Shown here: piece after piece, positions 17,550 to 26,993 of the stretch
Position numbering within the stretch: position 1 is the first letter of the stretch
Layout: every line of letters begins with the position of its first letter
Origin: Flavobacteriales bacterium
Lineage (GTDB): Bacteria; Bacteroidota; Bacteroidia; Flavobacteriales_D; JAHECK01
Reading direction: 5' to 3'
NCBI GenBank assembly: GCA_030591505.1
Contig: JAUVAY010000002.1
Span: 1-52,446, forward strand
DNA length: 52,446 nt
Translations under genes and position numbers: made by a program
Notes under the pieces: generated by a model
The model's database searches: none
The model's input: only the letters and a program-made list of their open reading frames with translations
Told to the model about the DNA's origin: nothing

Positions 17550-20500
17550 ATGTGCTTGAAGGTGATTAATGTGAATAATTTACCTTTATCTTTAACTCCT
17601 AAACTGGTTATTTTCGTGAGGTTATTAATTGGATTAGTTACCATTTGTATTCTATTAGTCGGAATTCCTACCCCTTCTTTTGCTCAAAAAACTGATACAA
17701 ATAGTCTACTAAAAGAAGCGAACAAATTGTTCGAAGAAGGTGATTATGCAGAAGCATATCCACTGTTTACGCAACTATTATCTATTCGAAAAGGTGATCC
17801 TGATATTAACTATAAATATGGGGCTACTTTGCTCTATGCTTCAGAAAAGAAAGCAGATGCTATCCCTTATTTAAAGAAGTCTTCATCAAGAACAAGCACT
17901 GATATACGCGTATTCTATTTTCTTGGAAAAGCCTATCAATTGAACTATGAATTTGATCTGGCAATTAAAGCCTATACATCTTTTAAAGAGAAGGCAGATA
18001 GTAAATTAGTGGAAGAGTTTGATGTAAATTTATCTTTAGATCAATGCCGTAATGGGAAACAACTCTTGAGTCAGATAAAAGATGTTCTGGTTATTAGTAG
18101 GAAGGATGTAGACGCTGAAGAGTTTTTTCGTTATTATGAGTTGGAAAACCTTGCTGGAAGAATTTTGGTAGCACCGGAGACTTTCCAATCTTCTCTTGAT
18201 AAGAAGAAGGGACATCGCTCCATCATCTATTCTACACCTTTATCAAATATTGTCTATTTCTCTAGTTATGGTAAAAAAGGTGACCAGGGAACAGATATTT
18301 ATTATGCAACTCGTAAAGGTGATGCAACTTGGACAGAACCAATTCGGCTGCCTTCAACAATCAATACTCCTTTTAACGAAGATTATCCTTTTATGCATCC
18401 TGACGGAAAGACCCTTTATTTTTGTTCAGAAGGCCATAATAGTATGGGAGGATTTGATATTTTTCGTTCGCAGATCGATCTTAATAATGGATTGTATTCC
18501 AGTCCGGAAAATCTTGATTTTGCGATAAACACTCCAGATGATGACTTACTATATATTGCAGATTCATTAAACCAAAATGCATTTTTCGCCTCATCACGAG
18601 CAAGTAAACAAGGCGAATTATCTGTTTATCAGGTGAAAGTAGATCTCGTTCCCTCGAGCATCATCTTATTGAAAGGGCAGTTTATTTCAGAATTAGATCC
18701 TTCATTAAAAAATGCGAGAATTACAATTGAAGATGCACAAAGCAAACGACAAATAGGAGTATTTCAAACAGAAAATGATGGAAGTTATCTACTTGACTTC
18801 AGTTATGGTGGGGCCTATAACTTTTATGTAGAGCCAGGAAAATCAGGAGTGATCCATACAGGTAAAGTGGAAATTCCAAGATTGGAATCGATCGCTGCAT
18901 TTAGACAGGAATTAATTATGATCGATAATGATGGAAAGGAAATGTTAATGATCAAGAATTACTTTGAAGAAGAACTTGATGAGAATGTGCAAGAATTATT
19001 AGCGATCGCTTTACGCAAAAGAGCAAATCTTGAAGTTACACCCGAAGATCTAATTGACGAAAGATTAAGAGAACAAGAATTACAAGAGGCAAATGAATCC
19101 TTTGATGATTTATATATAGCGGCTGGGTTAACAACTTTTCATTCAAATAATGATGTAGCAGATTGGTCTAAAGAAGTTGTTGTTGATCTAAAAGAGAATA
19201 ATGATGAGTATAAAGCCCTTTCTTCAAAAGCGTATGCAGAAAACATTATTTTTCAGAATGAAGCTAATGCATTGATTAATGAAGCACAGGAAAAGTTTGA
19301 TCAATTTGAAAATAGCACAGACCCAATTGAAAAACAAAAATTACTAAAATCCTCAATTACATTAAGAAACGAGGCAAAGGTTAAATTACTTAATTCTAAT
19401 GCGTCAATGATGCTTTCAAAACGATTGAATGAATCGATTGACGCCAGAGAAAAATTGATCAATGAAATACAAAATACTGAACTTACCCTTAGAAAGGGCT
19501 TAGAAGAGAATGATGCTGCATTAGTTCAAACTGGATTGGAAGAGATTAGTATACTTAAGAAGAAAAGCAAGGAGAATAGGAGTGGTACAAAATCACCAAC
19601 AAATTATTTGGCTGATGTAAAAGAGATCGAAAAGAAAAAAGCCATGCAGGCTTATGATATGGCAGAAGGACTAAGAGCAGAAAAGAGTGAACAAGTTAGT
19701 TTATTAAAGCGTTTGCAAACACAACAAAACAATGCTAAAAAATCTGAGAAAGAAAAAATAGCAACTGAGATTGAAATAACCCAATCTATAATTTCTAGAA
19801 TTGACGTGGATTCGCCTAAAAAGTGGAAAAAGTATCGGGAGCTAGATTGGAATAGTAAAGCGGCAGAAATAGGACTTGATTACGCGACCAATTGGAATTA
19901 TGATCAAAGTGAAGAAGCACTTCCGGATGAAAATCAAATAATTTCATCTGGGAATCAGATTGATAATGCACAGGAAAGTATTTTGGCTATGGAGCTACTC
20001 GAAAATGATGCTTTAGTATCATTAGGAGTTAGCTATGATGAGTTAATGAGTAAACAGCTTGATCAGATTGTTTCGGATGAAGAAACGGGGCTTGATAGCA
20101 AAAAAGAAGATGTAGAATCGACTTTTGAAAATTCCTTTGTAAGTGATTATGATAATAAAATATCCTCGATTGAAGAAAATCCTGTTGTTCTTGATCGACT
20201 TGAGGCTACTATCGTATTAAAAGCAGAAGTTTTAAGGGAAGTGAATAGAAACCTAGAAAGCAATGATTCAAACTATTCTGAAGAAGAATTAAAATCTAAT
20301 AAAGCTCGACTAGAAGAAGAGACGGTAATTTTATTTAGTGAATTCAAACAAAGTATTGAAAGTCAGCAGGAAACTTTAATGGGAGTGAGTGATTTTATTC
20401 CTGACTACGATCAGCAAGTTGAAGATATTGAAAAGGTATCGAATACGGAACTTGAAAATAAAAGCAATAGAGTTGATCATTTTAATTCTTCAATCAGTTA

Positions 20501-23500
20501 TCTAACGCTTATTCTAGACAGTATAAATTTAATGCCAATTCCACAGTATGATCCTTATTTAATGAGGCAGCAAATTGAAAGGTTGAATGCATTAAAAATT
20601 ATAATAACTGAACTGAAAATTGAACGATACGAACTACAAAGAAATGTGGAGTTATTAAGTCAAATCGCTGAAATTCCAGAGGATGATGAAATGATAACCT
20701 CCCTAGATAAAAATTACCTAGAAAAATGGGAGGGAATTGAGAATTCAAACAGTATAAACAGTGAAAAAAATGCTCAAAAAATTCAACTAAATGAATCGTT
20801 GATATCAAAGATCAATGAAGAGATCATAGCTGTAAATAGTGATATAAATAATTCAGGGTCAACTGTAAATCCTGTATTGAATAAAAGGTTAGAGATTCTT
20901 GAAGGTATCAAACTTCAAAAGGAAAATGAGATCAATATAGCAATAACTGCCATGTCGCAAGTTGCTGAAGAAGAGGACCCAATTGTCGATGAACAAAAAT
21001 CTTTTGAGCAAGATATCAATGAAAAGAAGGCGTTGATTGCCTTAGTAATGCCCAAATTCGATCAGGAAATGACAGCGATTGAATTAAGTGATATGCCAGA
21101 TGAAGCCAAGGATGGAAAAAAACAAGCTTTAAACCTTGAACTTTCCAGAGCTATTGATGGCTATATCGGAGGAATGAGTAGTGCAGAAAAAGAAGGGACA
21201 GAGTATGAGTCTTTGTTGGCGCTGCAAAATGAGTATAAAGCGGAATCGGATGTAGCTGAGACCGATGTTACAACATCATTGCTTGACGAAAGTGAAGTAG
21301 TGGATAATGGAGAATTATTCAAGGAAGATAAAAGCACCGTTGATGATGTGCAAAATGTGCTAAGTGCTTATTCTTATATCTCTACTAAACAGGCAATGTC
21401 TCTATTCTCTATTGAGGGAAAGATTCTTAGTGATCCTGGGTTTACATCGGCTAACTTAAAAAATGAAGCGAAAGAGCATTTCAGTAGTATTCAGGAAGTA
21501 AATGATTTGCATGATCAATTCAATTCTCTTGAGCTAAAGGAAAATAATGCAGCAGATAGTGAAAAGAAAAAGATCAGGAAAGAAAAGGAAAAAGTACAGG
21601 GTGAGTTAGGTAAAAAGGAAATTGAATTGCTTGAAAAATGGATTCCTTTGATTCATGTAGAAAATGAGGATAATTTAGGTGATGATAACTATCTTAAATT
21701 ATCAAAACAGGTCTTTGCTGAAGCTTCAGGAATGAAAGGTGAAGAAAAACTAAGTAAATTAAGAGAAGCTTATTTATTAAGTCTAATGGCCCTTGAGTCT
21801 GGTCAGTCTCAATTAGTAGATTCAAATCCTTCAAGATTAATACCTATAGGAAAAGGTCATGAAAAAGGCTATAACTATGATAATTTATTAGTTGAAGAAA
21901 AGAGACTGGTTCTTGAAAGAAATATTGAAAATTTAAGAAGCAATATTTTAGAAGCTGAAACAAAAGTAGCCGATCTAAGGGGTGCTGGAGTTGATGAAAA
22001 TAATGAAGAGTTAATAAAATGGGTTGAAATCTCTAAATCTTATCAGGAAGCATTGGTTTGGAATCAATCGAAACTGGAGAATATTCATTCTTTAGAAAGT
22101 AGTATTGAAAATAATGCTATAAAGCAAGTTTCTTCTCTTAAGGCTCCTACAGATAAGCTTGCTTTTGAAAAGTCCTTAAGTAAAATCGGCTTGGAGGAAT
22201 CACAAACTGAAATCATTACTAGTGATCCTGAAATTCAAACCTACTTCGCTATGAAGTACATTGAGAATGAAATTACGGAGGAGATAAATAAGCTTCGGAA
22301 AATGAGTTCCTCATACAGAGATATAGCAGGTGAATCTTTAAATAACTATGATAAATTCATTGATGGTTCTGCAGCTAGTTCTTCAGAAGCTATTCGTGAG
22401 TATGATGAAAAAGAAAAAATTTATAATGAAGCGATATTATGGTATAATAAAACAGATTCGGTCGATTTGATGATTGCAGCCTTGGAAAAAGAGCAAAGGA
22501 ATTTAAATAATAATATTGATGCTTACTATAATAATCTGGAGGCTATCAATAAACAAACGATAAGTGATATTAATCAAGGAATAACACCTGTTATAATTGC
22601 AAAAATTCCAGTGCTCTTAGAGGAGAATAATGATGAACCTATTATTGCTATAGAGGAAGTCGCTATTCCTGAAGAAGAGGATGAGCCTGTTTTTAATGAA
22701 CCAGAAGTTACTGTAGAAACTCAGAATCAGGAGAGTTCTGATGGGTTTATGTATGAAGTAGGAATCGTGTTTTATACAGAAGAGGACCCTATTCCGGTTA
22801 ACCCACCATTACCAAGCGGGTTGATCTTCAAAGTACAGATCGGAGCATTTAGAAACCCTTTACCCATTGAGCATTTTGTAGGTTTAAGTCCCTTGATGGC
22901 AGAAGAATTAAACAATGGTATAACAAGATATTCTGTAGGTATTTTTAATGAAATTGAAGAAGCGAGAAGTGCTCGTACAAAGGTTCAGGGACTGGGTTAT
23001 AATGATGCGTTTATTGTTGCTTTTTTAAATGGTGAACGAATAGCAATAAATAGAGCATTAGAAATGATTGGAGAAGGTTCTGGAGGATATATTGCAAATG
23101 ATAATCAAGGTAGAGAATCAAATCAATATACAGAAGATGGAATTAGAAATGCTGAATTAATAGCTGAGGGTTCTGAACAAAATCAAAGAAGCTCAGATGA
23201 TTCAGGTTTATCAACAAGATCAAAAGATGCTACGGTAACTTCCGTTGAAGCAATTGAACACTTGTTTTTCTGTGTACAGGTTGGTGTATTCAGCAGAAGA
23301 GTTCAGTCAAATGAAATCTTTGATATTTGGCCATTGAACGTTGAAGAAACAGGGTCGGGTTATTTCCGTTATACTTCAGGACAGTTTAGTTCATTATCAG
23401 AAGCAGGGCAACATAAGCAGGTGGTTATTTCGAAAGGAGTTACAGATGCATTTGTTACTGCTTATTATCAAGGTCAAAGGATCTCAGTAAATAGGGCCAG

Positions 23501-23945
23501 TGCTTTATCCGCACAAGATCCTAGTATTTTATTGCCACCAAATAGTATAGCAGTTGAAGAAAATAATGAGACTATAGAAGAGCAAATAGTAGAAGAAACT
23601 CCAAGTGAAGTGATTATTGAGGATGCTGCACCATTAGTAGTGGAAGAAAAAGAAGATCTTCCTCCTGCTCAAGATGTTCGTTTTGTAGTCTATATTGGTT
23701 CTTATCCCGGAGATATTCCTAATAATGTAGCTTCAGCTTTATTGGAATATTCGTATGTAGGAATAAAAAGAGTAGTAAATAGTGGAAACACGATCTATTC
23801 TACGAAAGAATTGAAAACATTCAATGAGGCAACCATCATTCTTCAAAATTTCCAGGAAAGAGGTATTGAGCAAGCCAAGATGCTCTATGTACTTTATGAT
23901 AAAGAAATTCAAGAAGTTGAAGCATATAAAATTCTGGGACAGTAG
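17550..23945 (+). CDS. Giant (2131 aa) envelope protein: TPR + TolB-like PD40 repeats + CarboxypepD_reg-like domain + long helical/acidic spacer + three SPOR-like domains
   Basis: The N-terminus is a hydrophobic signal/anchor ending 'PSFAQ'. TPR-like helices span about 17700-18010. PD40-type repeats ('DIYYATRKGDATWTEPIRL', 'MHPDGKTLYFCSEGHNSMGGFDIF') span about 18230-18620. A 'ARITIEDAQSKRQIGVFQTENDGSYLLDF' beta-sandwich follows. An E/K/N/L/I-rich helical region spans about 18960-22600. Three SPOR-like modules sit at the C-terminus. Confidence 0.7.
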   Translation: MCLKVINVNNLPLSLTPKLVIFVRLLIGLVTICILLVGIPTPSFAQKTDTNSLLKEANKLFEEGDYAEAYPLFTQLLSIRKGDPDINYKYGATLLYASEKKADAIPYLKKSSSRTSTDIRVFYFLGKAYQLNYEFDLAIKAYTSFKEKADSKLVEEFDVNLSLDQCRNGKQLLSQIKDVLVISRKDVDAEEFFRYYELENLAGRILVAPETFQSSLDKKKGHRSIIYSTPLSNIVYFSSYGKKGDQGTDIYYATRKGDATWTEPIRLPSTINTPFNEDYPFMHPDGKTLYFCSEGHNSMGGFDIFRSQIDLNNGLYSSPENLDFAINTPDDDLLYIADSLNQNAFFASSRASKQGELSVYQVKVDLVPSSIILLKGQFISELDPSLKNARITIEDAQSKRQIGVFQTENDGSYLLDFSYGGAYNFYVEPGKSGVIHTGKVEIPRLESIAAFRQELIMIDNDGKEMLMIKNYFEEELDENVQELLAIALRKRANLEVTPEDLIDERLREQELQEANESFDDLYIAAGLTTFHSNNDVADWSKEVVVDLKENNDEYKALSSKAYAENIIFQNEANALINEAQEKFDQFENSTDPIEKQKLLKSSITLRNEAKVKLLNSNASMMLSKRLNESIDAREKLINEIQNTELTLRKGLEENDAALVQTGLEEISILKKKSKENRSGTKSPTNYLADVKEIEKKKAMQAYDMAEGLRAEKSEQVSLLKRLQTQQNNAKKSEKEKIATEIEITQSIISRIDVDSPKKWKKYRELDWNSKAAEIGLDYATNWNYDQSEEALPDENQIISSGNQIDNAQESILAMELLENDALVSLGVSYDELMSKQLDQIVSDEETGLDSKKEDVESTFENSFVSDYDNKISSIEENPVVLDRLEATIVLKAEVLREVNRNLESNDSNYSEEELKSNKARLEEETVILFSEFKQSIESQQETLMGVSDFIPDYDQQVEDIEKVSNTELENKSNRVDHFNSSISYLTLILDSINLMPIPQYDPYLMRQQIERLNALKIIITELKIERYELQRNVELLSQIAEIPEDDEMITSLDKNYLEKWEGIENSNSINSEKNAQKIQLNESLISKINEEIIAVNSDINNSGSTVNPVLNKRLEILEGIKLQKENEINIAITAMSQVAEEEDPIVDEQKSFEQDINEKKALIALVMPKFDQEMTAIELSDMPDEAKDGKKQALNLELSRAIDGYIGGMSSAEKEGTEYESLLALQNEYKAESDVAETDVTTSLLDESEVVDNGELFKEDKSTVDDVQNVLSAYSYISTKQAMSLFSIEGKILSDPGFTSANLKNEAKEHFSSIQEVNDLHDQFNSLELKENNAADSEKKKIRKEKEKVQGELGKKEIELLEKWIPLIHVENEDNLGDDNYLKLSKQVFAEASGMKGEEKLSKLREAYLLSLMALESGQSQLVDSNPSRLIPIGKGHEKGYNYDNLLVEEKRLVLERNIENLRSNILEAETKVADLRGAGVDENNEELIKWVEISKSYQEALVWNQSKLENIHSLESSIENNAIKQVSSLKAPTDKLAFEKSLSKIGLEESQTEIITSDPEIQTYFAMKYIENEITEEINKLRKMSSSYRDIAGESLNNYDKFIDGSAASSSEAIREYDEKEKIYNEAILWYNKTDSVDLMIAALEKEQRNLNNNIDAYYNNLEAINKQTISDINQGITPVIIAKIPVLLEENNDEPIIAIEEVAIPEEEDEPVFNEPEVTVETQNQESSDGFMYEVGIVFYTEEDPIPVNPPLPSGLIFKVQIGAFRNPLPIEHFVGLSPLMAEELNNGITRYSVGIFNEIEEARSARTKVQGLGYNDAFIVAFLNGERIAINRALEMIGEGSGGYIANDNQGRESNQYTEDGIRNAELIAEGSEQNQRSSDDSGLSTRSKDATVTSVEAIEHLFFCVQVGVFSRRVQSNEIFDIWPLNVEETGSGYFRYTSGQFSSLSEAGQHKQVVISKGVTDAFVTAYYQGQRISVNRASALSAQDPSILLPPNSIAVEENNETIEEQIVEETPSEVIIEDAAPLVVEEKEDLPPAQDVRFVVYIGSYPGDIPNNVASALLEYSYVGIKRVVNSGNTIYSTKELKTFNEATIILQNFQERGIEQAKMLYVLYDKEIQEVEAYKILGQ
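22825..23910 (+). repeat. Three protein-level SPOR-like domain repeats inside the giant ORF
   Basis: The modules begin 'FKVQIGAFRNPLP' (~22825-23045), 'FFCVQVGVFSRRV' (~23264-23485) and 'RFVVYIGSYPGDI' (~23682-23910). Each is followed by '...G..DAF(I/V)..' or an equivalent beta-alpha-beta pattern. Boundaries are approximate. Confidence 0.55.
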
Positions 23946-23951
23946 AACTCT

Positions 23952-25145
23952 TTATCCCTTTTTTTCATAAATTTTAATGGGGGTAGGTAGCTTGTTTTTT
24001 TCTTTAATAAGCAAATAAACAAAAGCGATTATTATCATTATCAAAGCAGCCCAAAAGGTGTTTGGTAAATTAATATCATTGTTGGCATAGATCCATCCTG
24101 AACTAAGTGCACCTAAACCAATTCCTATTTCCATTGCGAGATACATAAATGAAATTCCTCGCCCTCTATATACTTCATCACTTCTATCAATAGTCCAGGC
24201 AAATATCGTTGGACTCGTAATTCCGCCACCTAAGCCATAAAGCAAGGCGCCTCCTAAAAACATAAATTTTGATTCCGCTAAAGCAATAGTTATCAATCCT
24301 AGCGAAAATATCAGTAAGCCTGCCTTTATTACAATCACTCTACCCTTTTTATCAGATATTTTCCCTGCGATAATTCGGGCTAATAGACTTGACATAAAAA
24401 AGGTCGTGAAAAACAATCCCTTATTTCCCACACCTAAAAACTCACTATAATCAGGAATTATAGTCAGCACAGTTCCAAAAGAGTAGGCATATAATATCAT
24501 TATAATAGCCGGACTCATCACCTTAGGCTCATAAATATCGCTAATTTTAACCTTGAGCATATTCCACTTAAAAGGGACGGGATCTTTTAGGGTTTCTTTC
24601 ATCGGAATAACGATTATTATCGAGATGAACGCCATAAATGAAGAAGCGTAAAACATATAGTCTAACCCGAAATGGGCTGCAATTTCAGCACCTAATGCAG
24701 GTCCTCCAGCCATACCTAATCCAGCTGAAACACCAAGAATACCCATCGCTTCGCCACGTTTACTAAGTGGAACCATATCTGCTAAAAAAGCGGTCCTGCC
24801 TGTCGGGGCAAATCCTGTAGACATACCATGGATCAAGCGAAGAATAAAAAACCCAGTTATAGTAACTAAAAAAACATAACTTATGGATGCAAGTAGCGTT
24901 ATTATAGCACCGTAGATCATTATTGGCTTTCTACCTATTTTATCTACCAACTTTCCTGAAAATGGTCTGGAAATAGCAGCAGTTAAAGTAAAGAGGGAGA
25001 TAATTAAGCCTTTGTATTCAGCTCCACCCATGTTGCTTAGAAAGCTTGGTAATTCTGGGATTATCATGTTAAAACTCCCCATAAAAAACATGGAGCTTAA
25101 ACATAAAAGCCAGAACTGAATATTGTATAATTGATGCTTAGCCAT
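23952..25145 (-). CDS. MFS transporter
   Basis: 397 aa with about 12 hydrophobic helices. The MFS signatures 'GKLVDKIGRKP' and 'GKISDKKGR' occur in the loops 2-3 and 8-9. Confidence 0.85.
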   Translation of the reverse strand: MAKHQLYNIQFWLLCLSSMFFMGSFNMIIPELPSFLSNMGGAEYKGLIISLFTLTAAISRPFSGKLVDKIGRKPIMIYGAIITLLASISYVFLVTITGFFILRLIHGMSTGFAPTGRTAFLADMVPLSKRGEAMGILGVSAGLGMAGGPALGAEIAAHFGLDYMFYASSFMAFISIIIVIPMKETLKDPVPFKWNMLKVKISDIYEPKVMSPAIIMILYAYSFGTVLTIIPDYSEFLGVGNKGLFFTTFFMSSLLARIIAGKISDKKGRVIVIKAGLLIFSLGLITIALAESKFMFLGGALLYGLGGGITSPTIFAWTIDRSDEVYRGRGISFMYLAMEIGIGLGALSSGWIYANNDINLPNTFWAALIMIIIAFVYLLIKEKNKLPTPIKIYEKKG

Positions 25146-25205
25146 AATTTGGCTGCAAAGATGTAATAATTTAACGATAGCTATTGTATGCGTACAGCAT
25201 TGAAT

Positions 25206-25213
25206 TAACTTTG
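25206..25213 (+). promoter_or_regulatory. Candidate -7 promoter box (TAnnTTTG)
   Basis: Exact match 'TAACTTTG', 9 nt upstream of the ATG at 25223. Its position argues against the TTG start at 25184 given in the track. Confidence 0.3.
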
Positions 25214-25222
25214 GACGTAATA

Positions 25223-25792
25223 ATGAATTATAAAAAAGAGATTACAAAGGAAGAAATCGCTGTTCTTACTCATGGTAAATATACAGGCGAGATCGTTTTG
25301 ATAAATGAAAAGGAACAAGCTGATATTGCATTAAAGGAGTTACTAAAATGTGATATTATTGGTATTGATACAGAGTCGCGTCCCGCTTTTAAAAAGGGAC
25401 AATATTTCCCTGTATCATTAGTGCAGTTGGCCGGGAAGAACAAAGTTTATTTGATTCGTCTTCTTAAAACAGGCCCTCTTCCATTGTTGAAAAATCTATT
25501 GGAAAATGAGCATATTTTGAAAGTGGGAATTGCTATTCATGATGACCTAAAGGATTTATCGAAAAGCATGGCTCATACAGCGAATAACATTATCGACCTT
25601 AATCAATTTGCACAAGCGAAAGGATTTAAAAGTATTGGAGCAAGGAAGTTATCCGGGCTTGTACTTAATATTAGAATTTCAAAAGCACAACAGGTAAGTA
25701 ATTGGGAAAATGCAGTTTTAAGTAAGGCTCAAATAGATTATGCAGCGACAGATGCTTGGTTGTGTAGAGAAGTGTATTTGAAGATCAAGTAA
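25223..25792 (+). CDS. 3'-5' exonuclease domain protein (DEDDy, RNase D/WRN-like)
   Basis: Exo motifs are 'IGIDTESRP', 'KVGIAIHDDLKDL' and 'IDYAATDAW'. The start is placed at ATG 25223; the track start 25184 is a TTG. Confidence 0.75.
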   Translation: MNYKKEITKEEIAVLTHGKYTGEIVLINEKEQADIALKELLKCDIIGIDTESRPAFKKGQYFPVSLVQLAGKNKVYLIRLLKTGPLPLLKNLLENEHILKVGIAIHDDLKDLSKSMAHTANNIIDLNQFAQAKGFKSIGARKLSGLVLNIRISKAQQVSNWENAVLSKAQIDYAATDAWLCREVYLKIK

Positions 25793-25843
25793 AAAATAAT
25801 TTATTAACCTTATTAAGATTAATATCGAACAATAAGTAAATAG

Positions 25844-25851
25844 TAGTTTTG
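25844..25851 (+). promoter_or_regulatory. Candidate -7 promoter box (TAnnTTTG) for the RND operon
   Basis: Exact match 'TAGTTTTG', 17 nt upstream of the ATG at 25869. Confidence 0.3.
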
Positions 25852-25868
25852 CAGCAAAATATTATTCA

Positions 25869-26987
25869 ATGAAACAACGCCAATATATCATAATTTCTAC
25901 CATAATTCTATTTATTAGTATTATCACATGGTCTTTGTATACTAATTATCAGGCAAATACGAATAAGAAGAAAGAAACGGTAGTAAACCATCAATATGCC
26001 AAGGTGCTTGAAGTTCAAAATTCAATGCAGACGATAACTATTGTTGGATTTGGGAGAGTAAACCCTTCATTGAGTATTACTATTTCCCCTGAAGTTGCAG
26101 GAATTGTAATGCGTGGTGATGTTCAGTTAAAACAGGGAGTGAGGTTTTCTAAAGGAAAGGTTTTATTTAAAATTGACGATAGGGAAGCTCAATTAAGTTT
26201 AAAGGCAAGAAAAAGCTCTTTCTTAAATTTAATGGCTGGGGCATTAGCTGATATTAAAATAGATTACCCGGATTCCTACCAAACTTGGGAGGGATTTTTT
26301 AACTCATTGGATGTAGATAAAAATTTCCCTTCTCTTCCTGAGTCTTCAAGTAATCAGGAGAAAACGTTTCTTGCATCTAGAAATGTGCTTAGCGAATACT
26401 ATAATATTAAAAGAGATGAGATCCGATTATCAAAACATACCGTGAGAGCACCGTTTTCGGGTTATTTCACTGATGTGATGGTGCAACAAGGAGCTTTTGT
26501 TGGAATGGGTTCACCCATCGCGAAGCTTAGTAAGAATAGTGAAATTGAGATCGCTGTACCTATCGATAAAGAGAATATTTCAGTGATTGCTACGGGGCAA
26601 TTAGTTGAGATGAAAACACGTGGAAATGCTCATGTATGGACAGGGAAAGTAAAGAGGATAGAACAACATATAAATGTAAATACGCAATCGGTCAATATCT
26701 ATGTTGTACCCGAAGCCAGTGGTGAAGAACTTTTTCCAGGAATGTATCTTGAAGTTACTGTTTATGCAGGTGAAATTCCAAAGAGTGTAGAATTGCCGCG
26801 AAAAGCGATGGGTGTTGATGGTTGGGTGAATTTAATTCAGGATTCTGTTTTTACTAGTGTGCAGGTGGATGTAATTAAGAAAAATAAAAATTCTTATATC
26901 GTTCAAGGGCTTAATACGGGTGATCTGGTCGTAACTGAGCAAATGCCTAATATTCAGGAAGGACAACGAATTATTCCCGTAAAGTAG
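25869..26987 (+). CDS. RND efflux periplasmic adaptor (membrane fusion protein, HlyD family)
   Basis: 372 aa with an N-terminal TM anchor and a lipoyl/barrel-sandwich pattern ('G.V....V..G..V.KG..LF.ID'). It lies immediately upstream of an AcrB-type permease gene. Confidence 0.8.
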   Translation: MKQRQYIIISTIILFISIITWSLYTNYQANTNKKKETVVNHQYAKVLEVQNSMQTITIVGFGRVNPSLSITISPEVAGIVMRGDVQLKQGVRFSKGKVLFKIDDREAQLSLKARKSSFLNLMAGALADIKIDYPDSYQTWEGFFNSLDVDKNFPSLPESSSNQEKTFLASRNVLSEYYNIKRDEIRLSKHTVRAPFSGYFTDVMVQQGAFVGMGSPIAKLSKNSEIEIAVPIDKENISVIATGQLVEMKTRGNAHVWTGKVKRIEQHINVNTQSVNIYVVPEASGEELFPGMYLEVTVYAGEIPKSVELPRKAMGVDGWVNLIQDSVFTSVQVDVIKKNKNSYIVQGLNTGDLVVTEQMPNIQEGQRIIPVK

Positions 26988-26993
26988 CACCCT

